From NCBI GenBank assembly GCA_964016885.1, contig OZ024749.1, positions 11,780,001 through 11,844,000 of the forward strand: a stretch of DNA of 64,000 bases, read 5' to 3'. The notes beneath the pieces are model-generated. The model saw only the letters and a program-made list of their open reading frames with translations, did not search any database and had not been told where the DNA came from. The position numbers were made by a program, and so were the translations under genes. Below are positions 15,001-33,000 of this stretch, in pieces; position 1 is the stretch's first letter, and the number at the start of each line of letters is the position of its first letter. This DNA is from Eledone cirrhosa. Its lineage: Eukaryota.

Positions 15001-18000
15001 TAGGAAGATATTTCACAGGTATATAACATTGATTGTAGGAAGATATTTCACAGGTATATAACATTGATTGTAGGAAGATATTTCACAGGTATATAACATT
15101 GATTGTAGGAAGATATTTCACAGGTGTATAACATTGATTGTAGGAAGATATTTCACAGGTGTATAACATTCATTGATTGTAGGAAGATATTTCACAGGTG
15201 TATAACATTGATTGTAGGAAGATATTTCACAGGTGTATAACATTGATTGTAGGAAGATATTTAACAGGTATATAACATTGATTGATTGTAGGAAGATATT
15301 TCACAGGTATATAACATTGATTGTAGGAAGATATTTCACAGGTATATAACATCGATTGTAGGAAGATATTTCACAGGTATATAACATTGATTGTAGGAAG
15401 ATATTTCACAGGTATATAACATTGATTGTAGGAAGATATTTCACAGGTATATAACATTGATTGTAGGAAGATATTTCACAGGTATATAACATTGATTGTA
15501 GGAAGATATTTCACAGGTATATAACATTGATTGTAGGAAGATATTTCACAGGTATATAACATTGATTGTAGGAAGATATTTCACAGGTATATAACATTGA
15601 TTGTAGGAAGATATTTCACAGGTGTATAACATTGATTGTAGGAAGATATTTCACTGGTGTATAACATTCATTGATTGTAGGAAGATATTTCACAGGTGTA
15701 TAACATTGATTGTAGGAAGATATTTCACAGGTGTATAACATTGATTGTAGGAAGATATTTCACAGGTATATAACATTGATTGATTTTAGGAAGATATTTC
15801 ACAGGTATATAACATTGATTGTAGGAAGATATTTCACAGGTATATAACATTGATTGTAGGAAGATATTTCACAGGTATATAACATTGATTGATTGTAGGA
15901 AGATATTTCACAGGTATATAACATTGATTGTAGGAAGATATTTCACAGGTGTATAACATTGATTGTAGGAAGATATTTCACAGGTGTATAACATTGATTG
16001 TAGGAAGATATTTCACAGGTGTATAACATTGATTGTAGGAAGATATTTCACAGGTATATAACATTGATTGTAGGAAGATATTTCACAGGTGTATAACATT
16101 GATTGTAGGAAGATATTTCACAGGTGTATAACATTGATTGTAGGAAGATATTTCACAGGTATATAACATTGATTGTAGGAAGATATTTCACAGGTGTATA
16201 ACATTGATTGTAGGAAGATATTTCACAGGTATATAACATTGATTGTAGGAAGATATTTCACAGGTATATAACATTGATTGTAGGAAGATATTTCACAGGT
16301 ATACAACATTGATTGATTGTAGGAAGATATTTCACAGGTGTATAACATTCATTGATTGTAGGAAGATATTTCACAGGTATATAACATTGATTGTAGGAAG
16401 ATATTTCACAGGTATATAACATTGATTGATTGTAGGAAGATATTTCACAGGTGTATAACATTCATTGATTGTAGGAAGATATTTCACAGGTATACAACAT
16501 TGATTGTAGGAAGATATTTCACAGGTATATAACATTGATTGATTGTAGGAAGATATTTCACAGGTATATAACATTCATTGATTATAGGAAGATATTTCAC
16601 AGGTATATAACATTGATTGTAGGAAGATATTTCACAGGTGTATAACATTCATTGATTGTAGGAAGATATTTCACAGGTATATAACATTGATTGTCGGAAG
16701 ATATTTCACAGGTGTATAACATTCATTGATTGTAGGAAGATATTTCACAGGTATATAACATTCATTGATTGTAGGAAGATATTTCACAGGTATATAACAT
16801 TGATTGTAGGAAGATATTTCACAGGTGTATAACATTGATTGTAGGAAGATATTTCACAGGTATATAACATTGATTGTAGGAAGATATTTCACAGGTATAT
16901 AACATTGATTGTAGGAAGATATTTCACAGGTGTATAACATTGATTGTAGGAAGATATTTCACAGGTATATAACATTGATTGTAGGAAGATATTTCACAGG
17001 TGTATAACATTCATTGATTGTAGGAAGATATTTCACAGGTATATAACATTGATTGTAGGAAGATATTTCACAGGTATATAACATTGATTGATTGTAGGAA
17101 GATATTTCACAGGTATATAACATTGATTGTAGGAAGATATTTCACAGGTGTATAACATTCATTGATTGTAGGAAGATATTTCACAGGTATATAACATTGA
17201 TTGTAGGAAGATATTTCACAGGTATATAACATTGATTGTAGGAAGATATTTCACAGGTATATAACATTGATTGTAGGAAGATATTTCACAGGTGTATAAC
17301 ATTCATTGATTGTTAGAAGATATTTCACAGGTGTATAACATTGATTGTAGGAAGATATTTCACAGGTGTATAACATTGATTGTAGGAAGATATTTCACAG
17401 GTGTATAACATTGATTGTAGGAAGATATTTCACAGGTGTATAACATTGATTGTAGGAAGATATTTCACAGGTATATAACATTGATTGTAGGAAGATATTT
17501 CACAGGTATATAACATTGATTGTAGGAAGATATTTCACAGGTATATAACATTGATTGATTGTAGGAAGATATTTCACAGGTATATAACATTGATTGTAGG
17601 AAGATATTTCACAGGTATATAACATTGATTGTAGGAAGATATTTCACAGGTGTATAACATTGATTGTAGGAAGATATTTCACAGGTATATAACATTGATT
17701 GTAGGAAGATATTTCACAGGTATATAACATTGATTGATTGTAGGAAGATATTTCACAGGTGTATAACATTCATTGATTGTAGGAAGATATTTCACAGGTA
17801 TATAACATTGATTGTAGGAAGATATTTCACAGGTATATAACATTGATTGATTGTAGGAAGATATTTCACAGGTATATAACATTCATTGATTGTAGGAAGA
17901 TATTTCACAGGTATATAACATTGATTGTAGGAAGATATTTCACAGGTGTATAACATTGATTGTAGGAAGATATTTCACAGGTATATAACATTCATTGATT

Positions 18001-21000
18001 GTAGGAAGATATTTCACAGGTATATAACATTGATTGATTGTAGGAAGATATTTCACAGGTATATAACATTGATTGATTGTAGGAAGATATTTCACAGGTA
18101 TATAACATTGATTGTAGGAAGATATTTCACAGGTATATAACATTGATTGTAGGAAGATATTTCACAGGTGTATAACATTCATTGATTGTAGGAAGATATT
18201 TCACAGGTATATAACATTGATTGTAGGAAGATATTTCACAGGTGTATAACATTCATTGATTGTAGGAAGATATTTCACAGGTATATAACATTGATTGTAG
18301 GAAGATATTTCACAGGTGTATAACATTCATTGATTGTAGGAAGATATTTCACAGGTATATAACATTGATTGTAGGAAGATATTTCACAGGTGTATAACAT
18401 TGATTGTAGGAAGATATTTCACAGGTGTATAACATTGATTGTAGGAAGATATTTCACAGGTATATAACATTGATTGTAGGAAGATATTTCACAGGTGTAT
18501 AACATTGATTGTAGGAAGATATTTCACAGGTATATAACATTGATTGTAGGAAGATATTTCACAGGTATATAACATTGATTGATTGTAGGAAGATATTTCA
18601 CAGGTATATAGCATTCATATATAGCATTCATTGATTGTAGGAAGATATTTCACAGGTATATAACATTGATTGTAGGAAGATATTTCACAGGTATATAACA
18701 TTCATTGATTGTAGGAAGATATTTCACAGGTATATAACATTCATTGATTGTAGGAAGATATTTCACAGGTGTATAACATTCATTGATTGTAGGAAGATAT
18801 TTCAAAGGTGTATAACATTCATTGATTGTAGGAAGATATTTCACAGGTGTATAACATTGATTGTAGGAAGATATTTCACAGGTGTATAACATTGATTGAT
18901 TGTAGGAAGATATTTCACAGGTATATAACATTGATTGTAGGAAGATATTTCACAGGTATATAACATTGATTGTAGGAAGATATTTCACAGGTGTATAACA
19001 TTGATTGTAGGAAGATATTTCACAGGTGTATAACATTCATTGATTGTAGGAAGATATTTCACAGGTATATAACATTGATTGTAGGAAGATATTTCACAGG
19101 TATATAACATTCATTGATTGTAGGAAGATATTTCACAGGTGTATAACATTGATTGTAGGAAGATATTTAACAGGTATATAACATTGATTGTAGGAAGATA
19201 TTTCACAGGTGTATAACATTCATTGATTGTAGGAAGATATTTCACAGGTGTATAACATTCATTGATTGTAGGAAGATATTTCACAGGTGTATAACATTCA
19301 TTGATTGTAGGAAGATATTTCACAGGTGTATAACATTCATTGATTGTAGGAAGATATTTCACAGGTATATAACATTGATTGTAGGAAGATATTTCACAGG
19401 TATATAACATAACATTCATTGATTGTAGGAAGATATTTCACAGGTATATAACATTGATTGATTGTAGGAAGATATTTCACAGGTATATAACATTGATTGT
19501 AGGAAGATATTTCACAGGTGTATAACATTCATTGATTGTAGGAAGATATTTCACAGGTATATAACATTGATTGTAGGAAGATATTTCACAGGTATATAAC
19601 ATTGATTGTAGGAAGATATTTCACAGGTATATAACATTGATTGTAGGAAGATATTTCACAGGTATATAACATTCATTGATTGTAGGAAGATATTTCACAG
19701 GTATATAACATTGATTGTAGGAAGATATTTCACAGGTATATAACATTGATTGTAGGAAGATATTTCACAGGTATATAACATTAATTGTAGGAAGATATTT
19801 CACAGGTATATAACATTGATTGTAGGAAGATATTTCACAGGTGTATAACATTGATTGTAAGAAGATATTTCACAGGTGTATAACATTGATTGTAAGAAGA
19901 TATTTCACAGGTATATAACATTGATTGTAGGAAGATATTTCACAGGTATATAACATTCATTGATTTTAGGAAGATATTTCACAGGTATATAACATTGATT
20001 GTAGGAAGATATTTCACAGGTATATAACATTGATTGTAGGAAGATATTTCACAGGTATATAACATTGATTGATTGTAGGAAGATATTTCACAGGTATATA
20101 ACATTGATTGTAGGAAGATATTTCACAGGTATATAACATTAATTGTAGGAAGATATTTCACAGGTATATAACATTGATTGTAGGAAGATATTTCACAGGT
20201 GTATAACATTGATTGTAAGAAGATATTTCACAGGTGTATAACATTGATTGTAAGAAGATATTTCACAGGTATATAACATTGATTGTAGGAAGATATTTCA
20301 CAGGTATATAACATTGATTGATTTTAGGAAGATATTTCACAGGTATATAACATTGATTGTAGGAAGATATTTCACAGGTATATAACATTGATTGTAGGAA
20401 GATATTTCACAGGTATATAACATTGATTGATTGTAGGAAGATATTTCACAGGTATATAACATTGATTGTAGGAAGATATTTCACAGGTGTATAACATTGA
20501 TTGTAGGAAGATATTTCACAGGTGTATAACATTGATTGTAGGAAGATATTTCACAGGTGTATAACATTGATTGTAGGAAGATATTTCACAGGTATATAAC
20601 ATTGATTGTAGGAAGATATTTCACAGGTGTATAACATTGATTGTAGGAAGATATTTCACAGGTGTATAACATTGATTGTAGGAAGATATTTCACAGGTAT
20701 ATAACATTGATTGTAGGAAGATATTTCACAGGTGTATAACATTGATTGTAGGAAGATATTTCACAGGTATATAACATTGATTGTAGGAAGATATTTCACA
20801 GGTATATAACATTGATTGTAGGAAGATATTTCACAGGTATACAACATTGATTGATTGTAGGAAGATATTTCACAGGTGTATAACATTCATTGATTGTAGG
20901 AAGATATTTCACAGGTATATAACATTGATTGTAGGAAGATATTTCACAGGTATATAACATTGATTGATTGTAGGAAGATATTTCACAGGTGTATAACATT

Positions 21001-24000
21001 CATTGATTGTAGGAAGATATTTCACAGGTATACAACATTGATTGTAGGAAGATATTTCACAGGTATATAACATTGATTGATTGTAGGAAGATATTTCACA
21101 GGTATATAACATTCATTGATTATAGGAAGATATTTCACAGGTATATAACATTGATTGTAGGAAGATATTTCACAGGTGTATAACATTCATTGATTGTAGG
21201 AAGATATTTCACAGGTATATAACATTGATTGTCGGAAGATATTTCACAGGTGTATAACATTCATTGATTGTAGGAAGATATTTCACAGGTATATAACATT
21301 CATTGATTGTAGGAAGATATTTCACAGGTATATAACATTGATTGTAGGAAGATATTTCACAGGTGTATAACATTGATTGTAGGAAGATATTTCACAGGTA
21401 TATAACATTGATTGTAGGAAGATATTTCACAGGTATATAACATTGATTGTAGGAAGATATTTCACAGGTGTATAACATTGATTGTAGGAAGATATTTCAC
21501 AGGTATATAACATTGATTGTAGGAAGATATTTCACAGGTGTATAACATTCATTGATTGTAGGAAGATATTTCACAGGTATATAACATTGATTGTAGGAAG
21601 ATATTTCACAGGTATATAACATTGATTGATTGTAGGAAGATATTTCACAGGTATATAACATTGATTGTAGGAAGATATTTCACAGGTGTATAACATTCAT
21701 TGATTGTAGGAAGATATTTCACAGGTATATAACATTGATTGTAGGAAGATATTTCACAGGTATATAACATTGATTGTAGGAAGATATTTCACAGGTATAT
21801 AACATTGATTGTAGGAAGATATTTCACAGGTGTATAACATTCATTGATTGTTAGAAGATATTTCACAGGTGTATAACATTGATTGTAGGAAGATATTTCA
21901 CAGGTGTATAACATTGATTGTAGGAAGATATTTCACAGGTGTATAACATTGATTGTAGGAAGATATTTCACAGGTGTATAACATTGATTGTAGGAAGATA
22001 TTTCACAGGTATATAACATTGATTGTAGGAAGATATTTCACAGGTATATAACATTGATTGTAGGAAGATATTTCACAGGTATATAACATTGATTGATTGT
22101 AGGAAGATATTTCACAGGTATATAACATTGATTGTAGGAAGATATTTCACAGGTATATAACATTGATTGTAGGAAGATATTTCACAGGTGTATAACATTG
22201 ATTGTAGGAAGATATTTCACAGGTATATAACATTGATTGTAGGAAGATATTTCACAGGTATATAACATTGATTGATTGTAGGAAGATATTTCACAGGTGT
22301 ATAACATTCATTGATTGTAGGAAGATATTTCACAGGTATATAACATTGATTGTAGGAAGATATTTCACAGGTATATAACATTGATTGATTGTAGGAAGAT
22401 ATTTCACAGGTATATAACATTCATTGATTGTAGGAAGATATTTCACAGGTATATAACATTGATTGTAGGAAGATATTTCACAGGTGTATAACATTGATTG
22501 TAGGAAGATATTTCACAGGTATATAACATTCATTGATTGTAGGAAGATATTTCACAGGTATATAACATTGATTGATTGTAGGAAGATATTTCACAGGTAT
22601 ATAACATTGATTGATTGTAGGAAGATATTTCACAGGTATATAACATTGATTGTAGGAAGATATTTCACAGGTATATAACATTGATTGTAGGAAGATATTT
22701 CACAGGTGTATAACATTCATTGATTGTAGGAAGATATTTCACAGGTATATAACATTGATTGTAGGAAGATATTTCACAGGTGTATAACATTCATTGATTG
22801 TAGGAAGATATTTCACAGGTATATAACATTGATTGTAGGAAGATATTTCACAGGTGTATAACATTCATTGATTGTAGGAAGATATTTCACAGGTATATAA
22901 CATTGATTGTAGGAAGATATTTCACAGGTGTATAACATTGATTGTAGGAAGATATTTCACAGGTGTATAACATTGATTGTAGGAAGATATTTCACAGGTA
23001 TATAACATTGATTGTAGGAAGATATTTCACAGGTGTATAACATTGATTGTAGGAAGATATTTCACAGGTATATAACATTGATTGTAGGAAGATATTTCAC
23101 AGGTATATAACATTGATTGATTGTAGGAAGATATTTCACAGGTATATAGCATTCATATATAGCATTCATTGATTGTAGAAAGATATTTCACAGGTATATA
23201 ACATTGATTGTAGGAAGATATTTCACAGGTATATAACATTCATTGATTGTAGGAAGATATTTCACAGGTATATAACATTCATTGATTGTAGGAAGATATT
23301 TCACAGGTGTATAACATTCATTGATTGTAGGAAGATATTTCAAAGGTGTATAACATTCATTGATTGTAGGAAGATATTTCACAGGTGTATAACATTGATT
23401 GTAGGAAGATATTTCACAGGTGTATAACATTGATTGATTGTAGGAAGATATTTCACAGGTATATAACATTGATTGTAGGAAGATATTTCACAGGTATATA
23501 ACATTGATTGTAGGAAGATATTTCATAGGTGTATAACATTGATTGTAGGAAGATATTTCACAGGTGTATAACATTCATTGATTGTAGGAAGATATTTCAC
23601 AGGTATATAACATTGATTGTAGGAAGATATTTCACAGGTATATAACATTCATTGATTGTAGGAAGATATTTCACAGGTGTATAACATTGATTGTAGGAAG
23701 ATATTTAACAGGTATATAACATTGATTGTAGGAAGATATTTCACAGGTGTATAACATTCATTGATTGTAGGAAGATATTTCACAGGTGTATAACATTCAT
23801 TGATTGTAGGAAGATATTTCACAGGTGTATAACATTCATTGATTGTAGGAAGATATTTCACAGGTGTATAACATTCATTGATTGTAGGAAGATATTTCAC
23901 AGGTATATAACATTGATTGTAGGAAGATATTTCACAGGTATATAACATAACATTCATTGATTGTAGGAAGATATTTCACAGGTATATAACATTGATTGAT

Positions 24001-27000
24001 TGTAGGAAGATATTTCACAGGTATATAACATTGATTGTAGGAAGATATTTCACAGGTGTATAACATTCATTGATTGTAGGAAGATGTTTCACAGGTATAT
24101 AACATTGATTGTAGGAAGATATTTCACAGGTATATAACATTGATTGTAGGAAGATATTTCACAGGTATATAACATTGATTGTAGGAAGATATTTCACAGG
24201 TATATAACATTCATTGATTGTAGGAAGATATTTCACAGGTATATAACATTGATTGTAGGAAGATATTTCACAGGTATATAACATTGATTGTAGGAAGATA
24301 TTTCACAGGTATATAACATTAATTGTAGGAAGATATTTCACAGGTATATAACATTGATTGTAGGAAGATATTTCACAGGTGTATAACATTGATTGTAAGA
24401 AGATATTTCACAGGTGTATAACATTGATTGTAAGAAGATATTTCACAGGTATATAACATTGATTGTAGGAAGATATTTCACAGGTATATAACATTCATTG
24501 ATTGTAGGAAGATATTTCACAGGTATATAACATTGATTGTAGGAAGATATTTCACAGGTACATAACATTGATTGTAGGAAGATATTTCACAGGTATATAA
24601 CATTGATTGTAGGAAGATATTTCACAGGTATATAACATTGATTGTAGGAAGATATTTCACAGGTATATAACATTGATTGTAGGAAGATATTTCACAGGTG
24701 TATAACATTCATTGATTGTAGGAAGATATTTCACAGGTATATAACATTGATTGTAGGAAGATATTTTACAGGTGTATAACATTGATTGTAGGAAGATATT
24801 TCACAGGTATATAACATTCATTGATTGTAGGAAGATATTTCACAGGTGTATAACATTCATTGATTGTAGGAAGATATTTCACAGGTGTATAACATTGATT
24901 GTAGGAAGATATTTCACAGGTATATAACATTGATTGTAGGAAGATATTTCACAGGTATATAACATTGATTGTAGGAAGATATTTCACAGGTATATAACAT
25001 TGATTGTAGGAAGATATTTCACAGGTATATAACATTGATTGTAGGAAGATATTTCACAGGTATATAACATTGATTGTAGGAAGATATTTCACAGGTATAT
25101 AACATTGATTGTAGGAAGATATTTCACAGGTATATAACATTGATTGTAGGAAGATATTTCACAGGTATATAACATTGATTGTAGGAAGATATTTCACAGG
25201 TATATAACATTGATTGTAGGAAGATATTTCACAGGTATATAACATTGATTGTAGGAAGATATTTCACAGGTGTATAACATTGATTGTAGGAAGATATTTC
25301 ACAGGTGTATAACATTGATTGTAGGAAGATATTTCACAGGTGTATAACATTCATTGATTGTAGGAAGATATTTCACAGGTGTATAACATTGATTGTAGGA
25401 AGATATTTCACAGGTGTATAACATTGATTGTAGGAAGATATTTCACAGGTATATAACATTGATTGATTGTAGGAAGATATTTAACAGGTTCATAACATTG
25501 ATTGTAGGAAGATATTTCACAGGTATATAACATTGATTGTAGGAAGATATTTCACAGGTATATAACATTGATTGATTGTAGGAAGATATTTCACAGGTAT
25601 ATAACATTGATTGTAGGAAGATATTTCACAGGTGTATAACATTGATTGTAGGAAGATATTTCACAGGTGTATAACATTGATTGTAGGAAGATATTTCACA
25701 GGTGTATAACATTGATTGTAGGAAGATATTTCACAGGTATATAACATTGATTGTAGGAAGATATTTCACAGGTGTATAACATTGATTGTAGGAAGATATT
25801 TCACAGGTATATAACATTGATTGTAGGAAGATATTTCACAGGTATATAACATTGATTGATTGTAGGAAGATATTTCACAGGTGTATAACATTCATTGATT
25901 GTAGGAAGATATTTCACAGGTATATAACATTGATTGTAGGAAGATATTTCACAGGTATATAACATTGATTGATTGTAGGAAGATATTTCACAGGTGTATA
26001 ACATTCATTGATTGTAGGAAGATATTTCACAGGTATATAACATTGATTGTAGGAAGATATTTCACAGGTATATAACATTGATTGATTGTAGGAAGATATT
26101 TCACAGGTATATAACATTCATTGATTATAGGAAGATATTTCACAGGTATATAACATTGATTGTAGGAAGATATTTCACAGGTGTATAACATTCATTGATT
26201 GTAGGAAGATATTTCACAGGTATATAACATTGATTGTAGGAAGATATTTCACAGGTGTATAACATTCATTGATTGTAGGAAGATATTTCACAGGTATATA
26301 AGATTCATTGATTGTAGGAAGATATTTCACAGGTATATAACATTGATTGTAGGAAGATATTTCACAGGTGTATAACATTGATTGTAGGAAGATATTTCAC
26401 AGGTATATAACATTGATTGTAGGAAGATATTTCACAGGTATATAACATTGATTGTAGGAAGATATTTCACAGGTGTATAACATTGATTGTAGGAAGATAT
26501 TTCACAGGTATATAACATTGATTGTAGGAAGATATTTCACAGGTGTATAACATTCATTGATTGTAGGAAGATATTTCACAGGTATATAACATTGATTGTA
26601 GGAAGATATTTCACAGGTGTATAACATTCATTGATTGTAGGAAGATATTTCACAGGTGTATAACATTGATTGTAGGAAGATATTTCACAGGTGTATAACA
26701 TTGATTGTAGGAAGATATTTCACAGGTATATAACATTGATTGATTGTAGGAAGATATTTCACAGGTATATAACATTGATTGTAGGAAGATATTTCACAGG
26801 TATATAACATTGATTGTAGGAAGATATTTCACAGGTATATAACATTGATTGATTGTAGGAAGATATTTCACAGGTATATAACATTGATTGTAGGAAGATA
26901 TTTCACAGGTGTATAACATTGATTGTAGGAAGATATTTCACAGGTGTATAACATTGATTGTAGGAAGATATTTCACAGGTGTATAACATTGATTGTAGGA

Positions 27001-30000
27001 AGATATTTCACAGGTATATAACATTGATTGTAGGAAGATATTTCACAGGTGTATAACATTGATTGTAGGAAGATATTTCACAGGTGTATAACATTGATTG
27101 TAGGAAGATATTTCACAGGTATATAACATTGATTGTAGGAAGATATTTCACAGGTGTATAACATTGATTGTAGGAAGATATTTCACAGGTATATAACATT
27201 GATTGTAGGAAGATATTTCACAGGTATATAACATTGATTGATTGTAGGAAGATATTTCACAGGTGTATAACATTCATTGATTGTAGGAAGATATTTCACA
27301 GGTATATAACATTGATTGTGGGAAGATATTTCACAGGTATATAACATTGATTGATTGTAGGAAGATATTTCACAGGTGTATAACATTCATTGATTGTAGG
27401 AAGATATTTCACAGGTATATAACATTGATTGTAGGAAGATATTTCACAGGTATATAACATTGATTGATTGTAGGAAGATATTTCACAGGTATATAACATT
27501 CATTGATTATAGGAATATATTTCACAGGTATATAACATTGATTGTAGGAAGATATTTCACAGGTGTATAACATTCATTGATTGTAGGAAGATATTTCACA
27601 GGTATATAACATTGATTGTAGGAAGATATTTCACAGGTGTATAACATTCATTGATTGTAGGAAGATATTTCACAGGTATATAACATTCATTGATTGTAGG
27701 AAGATATTTCACAGGTATATAACATTGATTGTAGGAAGATATTTCACAGGTGTATAACATTGATTGTAGGAAGATATTTCACAGGTATATAACATTGATT
27801 GTAGGAAGATATTTCACAGGTATATAACATTGATTGTAGGAAGATATTTCACAGGTGTATAACATTGATTGTAGGAAGATATTTCACAGGTATATAACAT
27901 TGATTGTAGGAAGATATTTCACAGGTGTATAACATTCATTGATTGTAGGAAGATATTTCACAGGTATATAACATTGATTGTAGGAAGATATTTCACAGGT
28001 ATATAACATTGATTGATTGTAGGAAGATATTTCACAGGTATATAACATTGATTGTAGGAAGATATTTCACAGGTGTATAACATTCATTGATTGTAGGAAG
28101 ATATTTCACAGGTATATAACATTGATTGTAGGAAGATATTTCACAGGTATATAACATTGATTGTAGGAAGATATTTCACAGGTATATAACATTGATTGTA
28201 GGAAGATATTTCACAGGTGTATAACATTCATTGATTGTAGGAAGATATTTCACAGGTGTATAACATTGATTGTAGGAAGATATTTCACAGGTGTATAACA
28301 TTTATTGTAGGAAGATATTTCACAGGTATATAACATTGATTGATTGTAGGAAGATATTTCACAGGTATATAACATTGATTGTAGGAAGATATTTCACAGG
28401 TATATAACATTGATTGTAGGAAGATATTTCACAGGTATATAACATTGATTGATTGTAGGAAGATATTTCACAGGTATATAACATTGATTGTAGGAAGATA
28501 TTTCACAGGTGTATAACATTGATTGTAGGAAGATATTTCACAGGTGTATAACATTGATTGTAGGAAGATATTTCACAGGTGTATAACATTGATTGTAGGA
28601 AGATATTTCACAGGTATATAACATTGATTGTAGGAAGATATTTCACAGGTATATAACATTGATTGTAGGAAGATATTTCACAGGTATATAACATTGATTG
28701 ATTGTAGGAAGATATTTCACAGGTATATAACATTGATTGTAGGAAGATATTTCACAGGTATATAACATTGATTGTAGGAAGATATTTCACAGGTGTATAA
28801 CATTGATTGTAGGAAGATATTTCACAGGTATATAACATTGATTGTAGGAAGATATTTCACAGGTATATAACATTGATTGATTGTAGGAAGATATTTCACA
28901 GGTGTATAACATTCATTGATTGTAGGAAGATATTTCACAGGTATATAACATTGATTGTAGGAAGATATTTCACAGGTATATAACATTGATTGATTGTAGG
29001 AAGATATTTCACAGGTATATAACATTCATTGATTGTAGGAAGATATTTCACAGGTATATAACATTGATTGTAGGAAGATATTTCACAGGTGTATAACATT
29101 GATTGTAGGAAGATATTTCACAGGTATATAACATTCATTGATTGTAGGAAGATATTTCACAGGTATATAACATTGATTGATTGTAGGAAGATATTTCACA
29201 GGTATATAACATTGATTGATAGTAGGAAGATATTTCACAGGTATATAACATTGATTGTAGGAAGATATTTCACAGGTATATAACATTGATTGTAGGAAGA
29301 TATTTCACAGGTGTATAACATTCATTGATTGTAGGAAGATATTTCACAGGTATATAACATTGATTGTAGGAAGATATTTCACAGGTGTATAACATTCATT
29401 GATTGTAGGAAGATATTTCACAGGTATATAACATTGATTGTAGGAAGATATTTCACAGGTGTATAACATTCTTTGATTGTAGGAAGATATTTCACAGGTA
29501 TATAACATTGATTGTAGGAAGATATTTCACAGGTGTATAACATTCATTGATTGTAGGAAGATATTTCACAGGTATATAACATTCATTGATTGTAGGAAGA
29601 TATTTCACAGGTATATAACATTGATTGTAGGAAGATATTTCACAGGTGTATAACATTGATTGTAGGAAGATATTTCACAGGTATATAACATTGATTGTAG
29701 GAAGATATTTCACAGGTATATAACATTGATTGTAGGAAGATATTTCACAGGTGTATAACATTGATTGTAGGAAGATATTTCACAGGTATATAACATTGAT
29801 TGTAGGAAGATATTTCACAGGTGTATAACATTCATTGATTGTAGGAAGATATTTCACAGGTGTATAACATTGATTGTAGGAAGATATTTCACAGGTATAT
29901 AACATTGATTGTAGGAAGATATTTCACAGGTGTATAACATTGATTGTAGGAAGATATTTCACAGGTATATAACATTGATTGTGGGAAGATATTTCACAGG

Positions 30001-33000
30001 TATATAACATTGATTGATTGTAGGAAGATATTTCACAGGTGTATAACATTCATTGATTGTAGGAAGATATTTCACAGGTATATAACATTGATTGTAGGAA
30101 GATATTTCACAGGTATATAACATTGATTGATTGTAGGAAGATATTTCACAGGTATATAACATTCATTGATTATAGGAATATATTTCACAGGTATATAACA
30201 TTGATTGTAGGAAGATATTTCACAGGTGTATAACATTCATTGATTGTAGGAAGATATTTCACAGGTATATAACATTGATTGTAGGAAGATATTTCACAGG
30301 TGTATAACATTCATTGATTGTAGGAAGATATTTCACAGGTATATAACATTCATTGATTGTAGGAAGATATTTCACAGGTATATAACATTGATTGTAGGAA
30401 GATATTTCACAGGTGTATAACATTGATTGTAGGAAGATATTTCACAGGTATATAACATTGATTGTAGGAAGATATTTCACAGGTATATAACATTGATTGT
30501 AGGAAGATATTTCACAGGTGTATAACATTGATTGTAGGAAGATATTTCACAGGTGTATAACATTGATTGTAGGAAGATATTTCACAGGTGTATAACATTG
30601 ATTGTAGGAAGATATTTCACAGGTATATAACATTGATTGTAGGAAGATATTTCACAGGTGTATAACATTGATTGTAGGAAGATATTTCACAGGTGTATAA
30701 CATTGATTGTAGGAAGATATTTCACAGGTATATAACATTGATTGTAGGAAGATATTTCACAGGTGTATAACATTGATTGTAGGAAGATATTTCACAGGTA
30801 TATAACATTGATTGTAGGAAGATATTTCACAGGTATATAACATTGATTGATTGTAGGAAGATATTTCACAGGTGTATAACATTCATTGATTGTAGGAAGA
30901 TATTTCACAGGTATATAACATTGATTGTGGGAAGATATTTCACAGGTATATAACATTGATTGATTGTAGGAAGATATTTCACAGGTGTATAACATTCATT
31001 GATTGTAGGAAGATATTTCACAGGTATATAACATTGATTGTAGGAAGATATTTCACAGGTATATAACATTGATTGATTGTAGGAAGATATTTCACAGGTA
31101 TATAACATTCATTGATTATAGGAATATATTTCACAGGTATATAACATTGATTGTAGGAAGATATTTCACCGGTGTATAACATTCATTGATTGTAGGAAGA
31201 TATTTCACAGGTATATAACATTGATTGTAGGAAGATATTTCACAGGTGTATAACATTCATTGATTGTAGGAAGATATTTCACAGGTATATAACATTCATT
31301 GATTGTAGGAAGATATTTCACAGGTATATAACATTGATTGTAGGAAGATATTTCACAGGTGTATAACATTGATTGTAGGAAGATATTTCACAGGTATATA
31401 ACATTGATTGTAGGAAGATATTTCACAGGTATATAACATTGATTGTAGGAAGATATTTCACAGGTGTATAACATTGATTGTAGGAAGATATTTCACAGGT
31501 ATATAACATTGATTGTAGGAAGATATTTCACAGGTGTATAACATTCATTGATTGTAGGAAGATATTTCACAGGTATATAACATTGATTGTAGGAAGATAT
31601 TTCACAGGTATATAACATTGATTGATTGTAGGAAGATATTTCACAGGTATATAACATTGATTGTAGGAAGATATTTCACAGGTGTATAACATTCATTGAT
31701 TGTAGGAAGATATTTCACAGGTATATAACATTGATTGTAGGAAGATATTTCACAGGTATATAACATTGATTGTAGGAAGATATTTCACAGGTATATAACA
31801 TTGATTGTAGGAAGATATTTCACAGGTGTATAACATTCATTGATTGTAGGAAGATATTTCACAGGTGTATAACATTGATTGTAGGAAGATATTTCACAGG
31901 TGTATAACATTTATTGTAGGAAGATATTTCACAGGTATATAACATTGATTGATTGTAGGAAGATATTTCACAGGTATATAACATTGATTGTAGGAAGATA
32001 TTTCACAGGTATATAACATTGATTGTAGGAAGATATTTCACAGGTATATAACATTGATTGATTGTAGGAAGATATTTCACAGGTATATAACATTGATTGT
32101 AGGAAGATATTTCACAGGTGTATAACATTGATTGTAGGAAGATATTTCACAGGTGTATAACATTGATTGTAGGAAGATATTTCACAGGTGTATAACATTG
32201 ATTGTAGGAAGATATTTCACAGGTATATAACATTGATTGTAGGAAGATATTTCACAGGTATATAACATTGATTGTAGGAAGATATTTCACAGGTATATAA
32301 CATTGATTGATTGTAGGAAGATATTTCACAGGTATATAACATTGATTGTAGGAAGATATTTCACAGGTATATAACATTGATTGTAGGAAGATATTTCACA
32401 GGTGTATAACATTGATTGTAGGAAGATATTTCACAGATATATAACATTGATTGTAGGAAGATATTTCACAGGTATATAACATTGATTGATTGTAGGAAGA
32501 TATTTCACAGGTGTATAACATTCATTGATTGTAGGAAGATATTTCACAGGTATATAACATTGATTGTAGGAAGATATTTCACAGGTATATAACATTGATT
32601 GATTGTAGGAAGATATTTCACAGGTATATAACATTCATTGATTGTAGGAAGATATTTCACAGGTATATAACATTGATTGTAGGAAGATATTTCACAGGTG
32701 TATAACATTGATTGTAGGAAGATATTTCACAGGTATATAACATTCATTGATTGTAGGAAGATATTTCACAGGTATATAACATTGATTGATTGTAGGAAGA
32801 TATTTCACAGGTATATAACATTGATTGATAGTAGGAAGATATTTCACAGGTATATAACATTGATTGTAGGAAGATATTTCACAGGTATATAACATTGATT
32901 GTAGGAAGATATTTCACAGGTGTATAACATTCATTGATTGTAGGAAGATATTTCACAGGTATATAACATTGATTGTAGGAAGATATTTCACAGGTGTATA